The notes below the pieces were generated by a model that did not search any database, was not told the origin of the DNA, and worked only from the letters and a program-made list of their open reading frames with translations. Positions 23,629-37,110 of a stretch of DNA of 64,000 nucleotides are shown piece by piece; within the stretch, counting starts at the first letter, position 1, and the number at the start of each line of letters is the position of its first letter. The position numbers and the translations under genes are program-made. This stretch comes from Enoplolaimus lenunculus. Lineage: Eukaryota. Location of the stretch: NCBI GenBank assembly GCA_030248215.1, contig JASANG010003752.1:62001-126000 (forward strand), in the 5' to 3' direction.

Positions 23629-26517
23629 ATAGCTCGTATGAACCATTCTGTGTATTGTATTAATATATATAAATTGCCGTGCTTATTTCAGTTCTATTCT
23701 CGAGGACGCCATTAAAGAATATGGTGTAAAATCTTTAAATTTTTTGATTTTTTTATTTTGTTTATTGTTCACAATCGTAAAACAATTTCACTTTACATTT
23801 CATATTTCGCTAATTGTTTATTTATGTAATTTTCACATTTTTCTTAATGATTAAGCTTTGCGAATTGTTTTTGCATAATTTTATCTCATTTTGCTAATGT
23901 TTTTAGCAATTTTGACCAATTTTCCTATATTTTTATAACTCATTCCTTCTACTAAACTGTGATAATTTACTGAAAAAATAGCGTCAATCGCGAGTCTGTT
24001 TCGGCAGGCAACCGTTCGGGCCAGTAGCCAGAGTGGAGCCAATGGGGCTCAACCCAACTTGAAGAAGTTAGCTCCCTCCACCTGGAAAAATTTTCAACCA
24101 GGTTTGTAGGTTATCGAAAATCATTGTATGCCCCCATCTTAAACATATTTCGCCCTCCCCTCATCATGGTGACCTGGCTACGAGCCGGCAATCGTTGTAT
24201 TTAAAGAAAAAATATCTCCTTTGTCTATTTTATTGCAATCCTAAGACTTTATTAACACAACATTGGTACAGCAAAATTAATCAGAATTTATCATAGTCAA
24301 TTCAATTTGAATTTAAACACTTTATTTATACATATATTTCATATATAATATATATAATATAGATATATATAATATATATTATATATATTTCAGTTTTTTA
24401 ATTGTTTCACTAAAAACTCAACGTTTTGTTCAGTTTGTACCATATTTATAAAACTTATTACTCAAACAGTTATGATATGGTTATATTTTAATATCGTCGG
24501 TCAACCAGGTCAATGACAGTTGGCAATGCTTAAGCGGTAACCAAATAACCTTAAATTAGGCACAACCGTTGTCGATGTAGTATGAATATACAAAGATATA
24601 TACATATATACAAAATATATATAAATATATATAAAACATTGAGCCGCAATGCCTGCATAAATTCAATTCCTGTTCCTGTTACTGTTCCTGCATTTAAAAA
24701 TGTAGGAACCGGAAATTTTACAGTTTTGCGTCAAATTATTCGTATTATCATTTAAATATTCGAGCGTTTGTCTTTGAAAAATTGTCATTTCAAAATGAGT
24801 GTGTTTGCAATTATATTGTTCAATCTTGTTAATAAACTGTTTGTGATGTGGTTTCGCAAAACTTGATTTATACCATTTTTTGGCAAAGTTTTCCGAAACT
24901 GAAAAGTCCAAGAGAAATTCGGCGATGAAAATGATTTCAAATTACGGTTTGTGTTCCATTTCCGGTTCCAGCAAAGCAATACAGTTCCTGTTCCTGTTCC
25001 GTAAAAATTTAGTTCCTGAGGGGGGCGGGCGAAAATATCTACTGCGGAAATCGGCCTACCCCTCGCTTCGACCAGCCTGTTATTTCTATATATATGTATG
25101 TATTTATAATATCATTTACATATTAGCTTTCATAAGGTAAATAGAAAGGACTTAAGATAAAAACAAAGGTCGCCGCTGCCGACTTTGTTCAAAAGGCACA
25201 AGTTGATCATATAATCACTGTATTCAAACTCCAGTTTGACATTTATACAGAAGAACACATTTGTATAAACTGTAATTGCGCACACGATAGCTGTGAATTG
25301 AAGGCTCAAACCATCCACCCCCATACCCCATTTGGGTGGATCGCAAGCTTAAACGGGCCCCATGTTAACCTATCGAAATTAAATCCACCGAAGTTATAAA
25401 ATGCTTATGGCTTCTTGCTCGCTTCGCTCACGAACTTGGAGGACCCCACCTTGGAGTTTGAGGGAGCCCCTACCCTGGAGTTTGAGGGAGCCCCTACCAT
25501 GGAGTTTGAGGGTGAGCCCCCACCCCCGTCAGCTCCGGCACTGGTGAATTGTAACCACTTCATTTACTATTAACTGCAACCGTTGGTGGGGTCTGGCAGG
25601 GTAGGATTCCTTGTTGGTGTTCAAATGAATCCAGTGGGTGGTGTCGTACAACCATTTAGAGTTATATTAAACCGAAGACAGTATATACAAACTCGGAGTT
25701 TTTATGTTGTTTTATGACGCAGTTTACATTTTGTCACGAATATAATTGCAGCTGCAAGTTTTGCGAAACGGTTTTCGAACACAACTGGCATATTTCAGTT
25801 GGACCCAGGGCCGTGCTTAGCCGCCTCCCACTCGGCCTCAAATCGGTGCCCCTCACACCCTATGGACCTTTAACAAAATTTTAATATAAACATTTTTTTG
25901 CATCAATGCCCGCACCAATCATAAGCGTCTTACGGTTATATACTTTTGATCCCAAAGGAACAAAACCAAGCTATCATATATCGAAATAGTTGAGTTGATT
26001 AACAAATTAGACAAGACTTAAAATGAATTCAGGAAGACTGGAGAAGGCTTAAAATATTGACTGTAGGTCGTAAGGACACTCATATTGATTTTAGGGGAAC
26101 CTCAGATCTCACACCCTACCCCCCTATAGGCACGACAGTGGCTACAATTTCGCAACTTTTAGTTGTCAAAACGTTGGACGTAAACACAGGACACACGTCA
26201 CTGTGGGAAAATGTCGGAAATCATCAGCGAAGTATAAGCGAAAAGTTGTTTTTGTTTGACCTTTTGCAAACAATCCCAAATGTTTTCAACATGCATGACA
26301 TCATTTCTCAGTCATCCGTATAAAATGCTAAGCCTGAAATACAATTTTATCGACGTTTATTTCAATTCAATGGCAGATTTGATATTTGATCTTTTATAAT
26401 CTTCTATTGATCTGTTTATAGTTGCCAAACAGATAATTGAATTGACCAATGTTACTCTAAAGGCCGTCTCGTTTTCCAGGGACTACAATGTACTAAGTTT
26501 ACTAAATTATATATCAT

Positions 26518-26732
26518 AAGCCTAAGCCTAAGCCTAAGCTTAAGCTTAAGCCTAAGCCTAAGCCTAAGCCTAAGCCGAAGCCGAAGCCTAAGCCTAAGCC
26601 TAAGCCTATGACTAAGCCTAATTCTAAGCCTAAGCCTAAGCCAAAGCCTAAGCTTAAGCCTAAGCTTAAGCCTAAGCCTATGACTAAGCCTAATTCTAAG
26701 CCTAAGCCTAATCCTAAGCCTAAGCCTAAGCC
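26518..26732. repeat. Interstitial telomere-type (GCCTAA/TTAGGC)n array, ~215 bp
   Basis: About 35 hexamers with variants and a duplicated GCCTATGACTAAGCCTAATTCTAA block. Preceded at 26444 by a subfamily-B-like TIR (GACCAATGTTACTCTAAAGGCCGT). Confidence 0.92.
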
Positions 26733-28666
26733 TTAAAGATATTATATCATGTTTGTTGCACAAATATGTTTTACACTACCATGCTTTATAGCTGGCACAC
26801 ATTCCACGTAAAAAATCGTGGTTCCACCCGCATTTTAAACAAAGGACAAAATTACAAAAAATGTTGCAAAATCGGATCATCTTTCAGTTGTTGTTGTTTT
26901 GTGAATTTAGTAAATTTAAGGTCACAAAATAACTGTCGATGTGACATTTTAACCGTCAAACCAGTCTCAATTCACGTCATATTTGATAGATTTTTTAGTT
27001 GTTTTCTATTAACTGTAAAATATGGCCCATAGCCGTAGCCGAAATGGGTTTTTGTGTTTCATTTTTGAATATTTTTAAGGTTTTTTCAAAAATAGCTGTA
27101 AATAGGTAGACAATTGTCGACCGCCGATAGTGCGTGCGAAGTAGTTATACTTTAATGAAACTAAACTGTTTTTTCTCTAAGTTTTTTTCTGTATCTGTAG
27201 AATAAGATGATTTTAAGAACTTTAGTCTGACATAATTAAAACTGGAATTCTCCACATACGTATTTTGGGCAACTTTCCAGCATTACTGTTTATACAATAT
27301 CTTCTTAGAGCAGAAACGTGATTGTTCTGTGAAAAAAAATCTGTACGCAGATTGTTGTGCATTCGCTAATTTCTGCTCATTGCGCAAAGTCGGCTGTCTT
27401 CTTTAAATTGGCATTACGTTTGAAACTTTTTAAATTGGTATAAATTAAACTTCTACGGTGAACACTGAGAGCCAAACATTGGTTTACGTGTTCTGTCGTT
27501 CTGCAGCTAATAAATGACCACGAATGTACCATTTGTACGCAACTTCCCTGTCAGGTTTAAAGCCAGGAACGCAGTTCCGTAGCCAGCTCACTTTGCTAAG
27601 CGGGTTTAAAAAATTTTCGGGAGGGGCATTCAAGGGTTCTTAATGACTTGCAAGCAAAGTTGAAACTTTTCCAGGGGGCTGATCCCCCCTAGCCCCCGTC
27701 CTTGGCTACAGGTCCGCAGGAACGTAAGCAAGATCAACGGAATTGTATATCTCTTCCCGAACTTACTAAAGACACCAGAAAACTATAACTTTAAACGCGT
27801 TTTCGAATATTAACCATCTGGTTTTAGGTGTCAAAAAAGTTTGCTTTACCTTAAATTTGGTCAATGTAAAGAACAGGGGCGGAACAGTATTAAGAATATT
27901 TCTAAGCATAAAGCCTAAGCCTATGCCTAAACCAAGCAAAAAATAGCCTAAAGCTTAACGCGAATACAGTTTGTGATAAATGTTAATCATCATTTAGCAT
28001 AATCTGTATATAATCGCGTTGTTAACAGGAAAGTTTACGAGAAGAAATTACTTTGCTATACCGTCGTTTATTAGATTTTAAATTTTTTAATTTTTCGTAC
28101 ATTTCGCTCCCATTTCAATTTTAGTCATTTTGGCTTCTTGTACAATTTACTGCCGGATTTAGGTTCAGGTTTAGAAAAAGGCTTTATCTAAGCGTGCGTA
28201 CGCCTGTGCCTAAGCGTTAATTTTAAAATTGTAAGTGTACAAACGCAAGTGTGATAAGATATTTGTCATTTGTTAATCTTTTGAAACATTTCCTCCAATG
28301 TGTGTTTGAGTCTAGAATATTTATAGACGTTGGAACAATAAACTCGTTTCGGTGTTAGCAAATAGTCACATAAGGTGCACACAGTTTTAAGAAGAGCTAA
28401 AACTTAGGCTTCTGGCCGCTGTCTATACTTTTTGCAGACGGGGTTGGTTAAACATAACTACGTTGATAAGTATTTGGAATTTTTTTGCTTTTGGATACAT
28501 AGCTAAGGCTTAGCAGACCATGCGAAGTAGGGTCTATAAAAGAAACTTGTGCCTCGATTTATAACCGCGAAATGGAAGCCATTCTTTCTTGGTTCATGTT
28601 AAATGTTTCATGATTCGTCCAAATTTGTAGTTATTACTGCAATCAAGAGGGGATAATCGCTATTTA

Positions 28667-28942
28667 ACAAGAGTGTTCAACTGGGCACACTTGGTGTAGA
28701 AAGAATGTACCGGGCACGCGTTGCTTTATTGCTCTGCCCCCTTTTATTTAGAGGGGGTACAACCAGTTCGAACCATGACACTTTATGCATGCGGCATCAA
28801 ACATGCTCCCCTCATAGTTTAATTTAGGGGTATTCATGTGATAGCGACCCCCCTCTAAACAACGGCTGGGGGTCGGCCAAACACGCAACGCCTGGTGGAA
28901 CGTTTTGTACCAGGCGGGACCTCAAAAGTTGCACACTCTTGT
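28667..28942. mobile_element. ACAAGAGTG...CACTCTTGT repeat element
   Basis: Inverted termini; inverted homolog at 12533-12813; fragments near 5085-5365 and 14120-14168. Confidence 0.68.
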
Positions 28943-29275
28943 CATTACCCACTCCCTGCTGCAATAGAGTATGTTTAGGTTTTGAGCTAATTTTTTGCTT
29001 AAACTGAGGCTTTAGTTTTAGACTTTGGGTTTACACTAAGGATTTAACTGAAATATATTTAGGCCAGTCCTTTTTCGAAATGATCTAGGAAATTTGTTTC
29101 TGTTAATGCATACAGTACAGCGTCAATTTACTAATTGTGTACACGGAATATTAATACGTAATTAGCAGTCAGTGGTTAACAATTGTTACATGTATGCGCA
29201 GTACAAAATCTCCACAAGACAATGATGTCCACTCGAAAGCGAGCATCAAGCTCTGATAGTTGAGCGGTAGCGTAA

Positions 29276-30141
29276 GGGTTGCGCTATACGTTTGTTGACG
29301 TCAGGCGCCGTCCATCACCCGTACGGCGCCGTCTGTCACCGTGCGTCGCCGTCTGTCACCGGGCGTCGCGGTCTATCACCGTGCGGCGCCGTCCGTCGCC
29401 GTGCGTCGCCGTCCGTCACCGTGCGTCGCCGTCCGTCACCATGCGTCGCCGTCCGTCACCATGCGTCGCCGTCCGTCACCGTGCGTCGCCGTCCGTCACC
29501 ATGCGTCGCCGTCCGTCACCGTGCGTCGCCGTCCGTCACCATGCGTCGCCGTCCGTCACCATGCGTCGCCGTCCGTCACCATGCGTCGCCGTCCGTCACC
29601 ATGCGTCGCCGTCCGTCACCATGCGTCGCCGTCCGTCACCGTGCGTCGCCGTCCGTCACCGTGCGTCGCCGTCCGTCACCATGCGTCGACGTCCGTCACC
29701 GTGCGTCGCCGTCCGGCACCATGCGTCGCCGCCCGTCACCCAGCGTCGCCGTCCGTCACCATGCGTCGCCGTCCGTCACCGTGCGTCGCCGTCCGTCACC
29801 ATGCGTCGACGTCCGTCACCGTGCGTCGCCGTCCGTCACCATGCGTCGCCGTCCGTCACCGTGCGTCGCCGTCCGTCACCGTGCGTCGACGTCCGTCACC
29901 GTGCGTCGCCGTCCGTCACCGTGCGTCGACGTCCGTCACCGTGCGGCGCCGTCCGTCACCATGCGGCGCCGTCCGTCACCGTGCGTCGACGTCCGTCACC
30001 GTGCGTCGTCGTCCGTCACCGTGCGGTATCGTACTCAAATAACTCCCGTACGATAACGTATGGTGACCGACGGTAACGGACGGCACCGTGCGGATGACGC
30101 ACGGTAACAGACGGCGCCGGACGTTAAGTACAGCGTATCCC
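29276..30141. mobile_element. PIF/Harbinger-type MITE containing an expanded 20-bp satellite
   Basis: TAA|GGGTTGCGCTATAC ... GTACAGCGTATCCC|TAA (imperfect TIR, TAA target duplication). Short relatives at 6266-6385 and 30747-30937. Confidence 0.78.
29305..30025. repeat. 20-bp tandem satellite (RTGCGTCGCCGTCCGTCACC) x ~36
   Basis: Exact 20-nt periodicity is visible directly; all three + frames are open only because of the repeat. Confidence 0.97.
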
Positions 30142-30746
30142 TAAATATACTCCGGAGTGGGTAATAATAAAGTTACTCTTTTTGGCAAGAGATAATGTGA
30201 AATAATCTACCTCACAGTTGTTTATCTTGAAACTTCCGAGCGCAGTCGGCTTAAATACGGTTGCTTTTGTCATTTCAAGTATTTTAGTCGGCGGTTCTGT
30301 ACCTTTGAGTTGAACGCCTTCAGGCAACGCATGCAAATGTATTAAAAAGCGACCTGTTATCGTTGATAATTATATATTACGTAATTTGACGATTTTTGAC
30401 ATAATATTACAAACGGAAATGGTTTAGAGCTTTTGTCATTCTATCGTACCTAATTTACTATCAGTGACCGTGTGCAAATACCAGCGTCGGCAAACCGGAC
30501 TCGATGGGATCCGTGGACACCATCAAATACGGCGTCCCCAGGAAATCCTGAAATTTAGAAAAGTAGCATTGTTATAAAAATAGTAAATACGATTTGTACC
30601 GAAGATGTAAGCTTCAAAATGCTGTGTTTTGAATGAAATTGTTCGAAATCCTATCGTTAGTTATCATTCTTACCTGGGTCCATGCTGGTTTTAAGAGATG
30701 TTTTGTTTTTCCGCAGGACTGCACTAGAGTAAGCTTAAACGGATTA

Positions 30747-30937
30747 GTGTAGCGTTATACTTTTGATGACGTCCGGCGCCGTTCGCCACCGTGTGTCACA
30801 TTGCGGTATCGTACGCGAATTACTCGTGTACCATACCGTATGGCGACGGACGGAGTCGGACGGGTGACAGACGATCAGCACGGCGGTGTACGGGAGATAG
30901 ATGGCGAACGGCGAAAACGCCAAGCTTAGCGCAACCC
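30747..30937. mobile_element. Unexpanded relative of the satellite-bearing MITE
   Basis: GTGTAGCGTTATAC..GACGTCCGGCGCCG..GCGGTATCGTAC..TAGCGCAACCC; shares termini and core with 29276-30141. Confidence 0.7.
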
Positions 30938-30996
30938 ATTAGACTATTAAGTGTCTCGCTTCGATTTAGGAATACGCTTATGGTACTGTTAACGTA

Positions 30997-31193
30997 CACT
31001 GTAAAAAATGGTGAGTTAAATTGACTCTATCCAAAATAGGCTGTACGTAACTACATAAACTGAGTCAAAATTCGACTCCGCCAGAGTAAAACTTCGAATT
31101 TGACTCTGACGGAGTCGAATTTTAACTCACTTTGTGTTGTCCCGTAATGCCAATTTCGGAGAGAATCAATTTGACTCACCATTTTTTGCAGTG
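30997..31193. mobile_element. Palindromic CACTG...CAGTG MITE flanked by TA
   Basis: TIR CACTGTAAAAAATGGTGAGTTAAATTGACTCT / AGAATCAATTTGACTCACCATTTTTTGCAGTG; second copy at 45752-46000. Confidence 0.82.
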
Positions 31194-32179
31194 TACCTTA
31201 AAGTAGTAATATTGTTCCAAGTCTTATTTGCAGCAGTTGTTTTGTTCGAATATGGCTTCTCAAAACGTGTGAATGTGTAAGTTGCAGCTGCGAGTTCTTA
31301 TTGAATCAACGTTGTGAGCTTTGCAGTTTAGCCATTGTACTCAATTTGTCCTGCTACCACGTGGAACTTCTTAAACCGCAGCTTCAATGTTCACTTACTC
31401 CACGACAGTGTTGGCCTATCACAAAACGGTTCAACTTTAAGACCGTAAACCGGAATTTCAATTTCGAAATGTGATTGCCGGTCGCTATAGCTTGTTGCAA
31501 GCGAGTTTAACGAATGAAAACTATTTTGACCTGTGAAGGTTTCGACGCCAATCTACGAGTCGTCGAGTCTTCGGAAAATTTAGGGTCGAAGCGAATAGGT
31601 ATTTATATCGCCGTACCACACGTTCTGTGTACCCCTCTGTTGGCCCAAGCGAACAATAGGGGCCTGCCCACTGAGAGACATGGGTACTGGCTGACTTAGA
31701 GACTGGGAAACTTGGGCTTAGGCTTTGTTAAACTAAGGATTAGGTTTAGGATCAGCTTAGGCTTTATGAAACAGTTGCCTATTGCCTATATGTTCGCCGC
31801 CTGTTAAACTTCCATTTAGTTTACGGAAGCTGTACTGTTATCATATTTACTGACTTTCGCCCTTTACAAAGACGCCGACTATGACACAAAGAGCGAAGCC
31901 AAAATCACCAAATTTAATTATGTCATAAGTGAACGAAAAGTAGTTGATGCTTCCGCCGTCAAACTCTGATTTCTTACCATCGTCACCACCTTGTTTTTGG
32001 GACATCAGTCGAAACTGTTTATTTTTTTCGTGAGTCGCCTTTGTGTCTTGACGAGGGAGAGCGGATGGTCCTGGTTTGAACTGTGAATACAAATATTTGT
32101 CATTCGAATGACCGGATAACCCTTTTCTCGCATGAATGTTTTCTATTTATTCTGACAGCTAATATCAAGCTGGGATACG

Positions 32180-32342
32180 TGCCCGTAGCCAAGGGGAAGA
32201 CGGGGGGCGGGGCTCAGCACCCCTGGAAAAAATTAGGCCCCCCTAGAAATTTTCAACCTTGCTTGCAAGTCATGAATAACCCGTTAGTGCCTCTCCTTAA
32301 AATTTTAGCCCCTCCCACGGCAAGGTGAGCTGGCTACGGGCC
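32180..32342. mobile_element. ~165-bp GCCCGTAGCCA...TGGCTACGGGC MITE family (hAT-like)
   Basis: Terminal inverted repeat. Related copies at ~24018-24188, 27577-27715, 32442-32600, 33567-33725, 34735-34895, 35207-35377 and 46507-46673. Confidence 0.75.
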
Positions 32343-33007
32343 TACTGGGATAGAACTCTGAGATTCTTGGACGGGAGGCGCTTATCATATCAACCATCGA
32401 TTTCAAAAACTCGACGGTCGAACCTTGTGAGTGGTCACGCCGGGCCATTAGCCACAAAGGACCAATGGACTCAGACCATCCTGAAAAATTTTAACCGTCT
32501 AGAAATGTTCAACCTTGCTTGAAAGTGATCGAAAACCGTCGTATGACCCGCTTGAAAAAATGCCTAGTCCTCCTAGCAAGGTGAGCTGGCTTCTGGCCTA
32601 TGTCACACATTATGGTGATTAAGTATTGCGTATCGCCGCTGTGTCTTTATTTCGCGAATTCAGTTTGTGATTCAACAGTTTAATTTTACGCAAGCTACAA
32701 TTGGTACGGTCATAGATGCCGGAATTTCGACGGCAGCGGGGCGCTGCTTGACCCCCCATTGTTCAAATTGGGGGAGGCATATTCATCAATATCGCTCAGA
32801 GCTAACAATATGGAACTGTTTAATACCCTGCTCAAGCAACACAACCCAGCTCAAAAACGGTTTCGTATTACTGTAGAGTTAAAATCAATGCTGCATTATG
32901 TTGGAGTATCTTGTCTGTAACAAATTTTTCGCAAAACAGTGTGATTTTGGGAAAATAACACTCTTTACCATTCAACCAGTTTACGTACCATTGTGCACAC
33001 TAATTTT

Positions 33008-33191
33008 GGCCCATGTTACTTTAACGGGCGTCTATGTTTCTGGTGGCTTTATAAACGAGTAGGTTTAGATTCTAGATTGCATTTTTGCTTATGCTTAGGC
33101 TTTGGCTTTGGGTTAGGAACACATTTTTGCAACGCTTACGCTTAGGAATATGCTTAATCTACTGTTACGCTCCATAAAGTAACACTGGCCC
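33008..33191. mobile_element. TTAGGC-carrying MITE, subfamily B
   Basis: GGCCCATGTTACTTTAACGGGCGT ... ACGCTCCATAAAGTAACACTGGCCC; reverse-complement homolog of 54514-54673. Confidence 0.75.
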
Positions 33192-35989
33192 TAATTTTTA
33201 ATTTGCTTCCGTCGCCGCTGGCTACGGTCATATCAAAGACCAAATGTATGCTACGCTCCTACTGGTTACTTGGCAGTTTCGAACGCGCATTGCGTTGTTA
33301 CCAAAACACTTTTAGGGTTATTGTGTACTATTTTTTGACCTCGTACTAGGTCGATTATACACAGGAACTGTCTGCTTATCCTGATTCGAAACAATAAATT
33401 AAATGTTTTAGACAACTATTTTTCTTAGGCTCAAGCTAATATATTGGCTTGTTATGATGAAGCTTAAGTATAGGTTTAGGCATATGTTTGAGCTAATAGT
33501 TATACGCTTACCCATCCGCGAAAGCTAAAGCTACGGCATAGGATTCTACTCTGGCTGAGCAATACCCGGGCCTACAGCAAGAGTGCCGCCAAGAGGACTC
33601 TATCCCCCCGATTTGCCCCATCGCTAGTAAAGTATCAACTCCGATTGCAGGTTATAAGAAAACTATGTATACCTGTCTTGTAAAATGTTTAGGGTCTATT
33701 GCAAGGTCAGCTGGCTACAAGCCTGACCATCCCACGTTAACGTCTGCATGCTTAAATAACTGGTAGCTTTTAACCCTGTGAACTCCTGTTTAGGCTTAGG
33801 CTTAGGCTTAGGCATCTTTCACAATGATTGTACTTACATTTCACTGAAACGACATTTGTCAATCCAGTAATTATTTGGTGAAAGTTCGCTAAGAGTCAAA
33901 AAATACATATTTATTTAATTGGCTTTTCAACAACTGAAGAATGCTTTGATCTGTTATGAAACATTAATTATTTATAACGTAGCGAAGTTTGGCAAATTAA
34001 TATATAAATACTTAAATATGATGACCCTGCGATCAATTTACTAATTAATAGTCACAAGAATGCCGAGGAGATGAAGCGGCGTCACTGGTGGATCAAAAAA
34101 AGGGGGCTCGACCAGGCGTAGACCCTCCCACACAACTGGGACCAATTCCAAAAAATTTCGTATAAGATTTTTCAGCTCTGAACTTGTGTTCGGCGTATCA
34201 GCTCGCAGAGCTCGGGAGCGTTTGTCACTATGAAATATCAACTGCCCCCCGTTATAGAATGCTAGATTTACCACTGAGCGGTATATTGTCTATGATGCAG
34301 ACAGGATCCGAATTGTAAATGAGAGGGAGACATAAGCCCTTTAATAAATTCTCTGGTACTTTTGAGGCTTACATCAGGTCGTGCGAACGTCCAGCCATAT
34401 TCTATGGTATATATTGTAACAAGCAGCCTCTAAACGTGGCAATGAAGATGGGATAAAAACAGACATATCCAAGCCTCCTATTTTTTAAAATACTTCATAC
34501 TTTTGATCGAAATCTGTCGAGTTTAATATGACAACAGAATAAACGATTAACAGGTATTAAAAGACTTCTCAAGGTATATACATTGTATGGGGTGGCATAA
34601 GGTAATAGTCACAATTTAGGGAAGGAGGCTATGATCCATAGGTGTACCAATGAAGTATCCAGCGGTTGTATACTTGAAATTTTTGCAAAGATGAAAAAAT
34701 GGACGCTTCGAATATCGCAGATTTATCCAACTTAGTCCCGTAGCCAGCTCTCCTTGATACAGGATGCTAAAAAATTTTCAGGAAAGGCATACAATGGTTT
34801 TCGATGATTTGGCTGCAAGGTTGAAAATTTTCTTGGGAAGAATTCTTCATCAGGGGGGGCGGAGCGCCTCTGGCCCCCTATGGCTTCAGACCCGAACCAG
34901 GTAGTTGATAGATGTCAAAAAAAATTTTGTCGCTTGCTATTATACGTTCGGTCACAAAATTAATACAATAAGGTTAAAATATTCCTTTTCAAAAATAAAA
35001 TTTTGTTTCCGCCCTTGTTTGCCAAAGGCTGGTTCAGTGGTCGTTTTAAACCAGCCGATTTGTGAAATAAATTATTCAATATAAACTGGTTGTACAAAAT
35101 TACAAAATAAAAAAATTTAAAAAAATGTAAAGAACATTAAAAGCAACCTTTAATACGAGATATTTTTGGCTAATTTTAGCTTACAGAGTAGCATTCGAGA
35201 CAAACACGGACCCGTAACCAATGGGCCGACCAGGGGAGCTCAGCCCCCTGGAAAAATTCCGCCCCCCCTAGAAGATTTTCAACCTTGCTTGTATAAGTCA
35301 CTGAAAACATTTAAATGCCTCTCCTGACAAATTTTGAGCCCGTCCCCAGCTAGCAAGGTAGGCTGGCCACAGGCCTGAACAAAAACGAGATATATTCACA
35401 ACGTGAAATAAGGGACACAAACTGATTAGTGAAATTTTTGGAGAAGATACGATAAAACGAGACACTTCAACACGGTAAATAATTGCAAATCCCGAAAGCT
35501 AAAAAAACATCTGAATAATGGTACGGACGCTCCGCGAAAATGACGTTGAAACATGGGATTTATTCCGTTCCAAAATTAAACCCTGCCCACCGGTATTGTC
35601 TCCACCCGTAATGGCTCCACCCGTATTGGCTCTGGACAATTAGGTTTTTGTTGGACCAACGATATTTCGATAGTCGACATTCGAACATATTAAAATACGC
35701 TTTGGTTTGTTTTTAAAATTTTATTTTTTTTTAGTTTTTGAGGAACATCTGCTTAGTCTATTGTGTTTTTTTGGTAAAACATATTTATCGAGGTAAGCGA
35801 AGTTCAAACTTTGAAAGGTTTATTAATAAGATCATTATTGTATCAAATTTAACACAATTGCGTGTTAATACAGACTCCAGACATATATGTCTTTAATCAA
35901 AGACGTTTATGTATTAAAGTTTTCAGAAATGTGGGTCCAAATTTTTTTAGACTTAAAGGTCTGATAGTTATGAGTTTGTTTCATGAACA

Positions 35990-37110
35990 ATAAAGATCAA
36001 TATTTCAGAAATATAAAACAAACTGTTTTGAAATATAAGACAAATATGTCTGAGATAAAACGCACAGATTTGCCATGGAAACCGACTCAGAATTGAGAGC
36101 TAAAGCTCAACCCAATACCCGAATTTTACATCCTAAGATACGTCCAAGACGTAAACTAAGGATTAAACGAAACAACTTTTTACGTACTTAAAAATCAGAA
36201 AATTAGCCTTGAATATAAAACAAATATTTTTTGAAACGTGGAAATTTATGTCTTATATATTGGCACCAGTAAATTCTTGAATATAAGACATTTATGTTTT
36301 ATTTACCGTTTCAGGTACAAATTTCTGACCTGTTTAAGACTATTAATGTCAGAAATACCAGACTTTTATGTCTTGAAAATTCAAGAAAGTGGGAGTTTTG
36401 AAATTTCCAAACAATTTGTTTTGTGTTTAGGTCCCTGAGTTTCGGAGCCTCGCAGTTGGCAGGCCACATTATATTAACACGAATTACAAGAAGATCCAGA
36501 AGAGCCATTGATGAATTACACTGTCTTAAATTTTACGGCTGTGTTTTATAAACGATTAAGACAAATATTTCTGAAATACAAGACCAATATGTCCGAAATA
36601 AACGACCTCTTTTGTTGCTTTTTGAGACATATATATCTTAGAAATAAGATTTGCCAAGGAAGCCGCCTTGAAAAATGGGGGTGGGGGCTAAAGCTCAACC
36701 AGATACCCTAATTTTACAACCTAAAATACGTCCAAATGGTAAACTTATGTTGGGGAAGCCTGAGCTCAACCCGAAATATCGTTTATATACTCTCTTAAGA
36801 ATATAAACGGAGCAACTTTTTTACGTACATAAAAATCTGAAAATAAACCATTTAAGAAATGAATTTGTGAACTGTTTAAGGCTATTAATGTTTTAAATAC
36901 AAGACATTAACGTTTAAAAACTTAACCCTTTCTCACATGAATATTTTCTATTTCCCCTGAGACCTACTTTTATGCTAGGATTCGAACTCCGGTGACTGGA
37001 GTGGGAGGCGTATACCATCATCACTCAGCTATAGGAGCTTGACGCTCGAGGCCTAAGGGGTTAAGAAAGTACAAGTCTTGAAATTTCAATACAATTTATT
37101 TTCTGTGCAG
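35990..37110. repeat. Locally duplicated AT-rich repeat (~540-600 bp offset)
   Basis: AGATTTGCCA.GGAA..GCTAAAGCTCAACC..TACGTCCAA..CAACTTTTTACGTAC.TAAAAATC occurs at ~36065-36200 and ~36645-36840. Confidence 0.65.
36926..37060. mobile_element. Shorter copy of the TTAA-flanked piggyBac-type MITE
   Basis: Nearly identical to 46681-46815 and flanked by TTAA at both ends. A paralogous empty site is present at ~36371-36425. Confidence 0.8.

Noticed and set aside
26452..26763. (LR)n ORFs here and at 43357-43621
   Set aside because: Translations of TTAGGC hexamer repeats
29279..30076. Three overlapping 233-265 aa Arg/Pro/Ser-rich ORFs, or a CRISPR-like array
   Set aside because: These arise from a stop-free 20-bp tandem repeat. 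There are no unique spacers or cas genes, and the context is eukaryotic.
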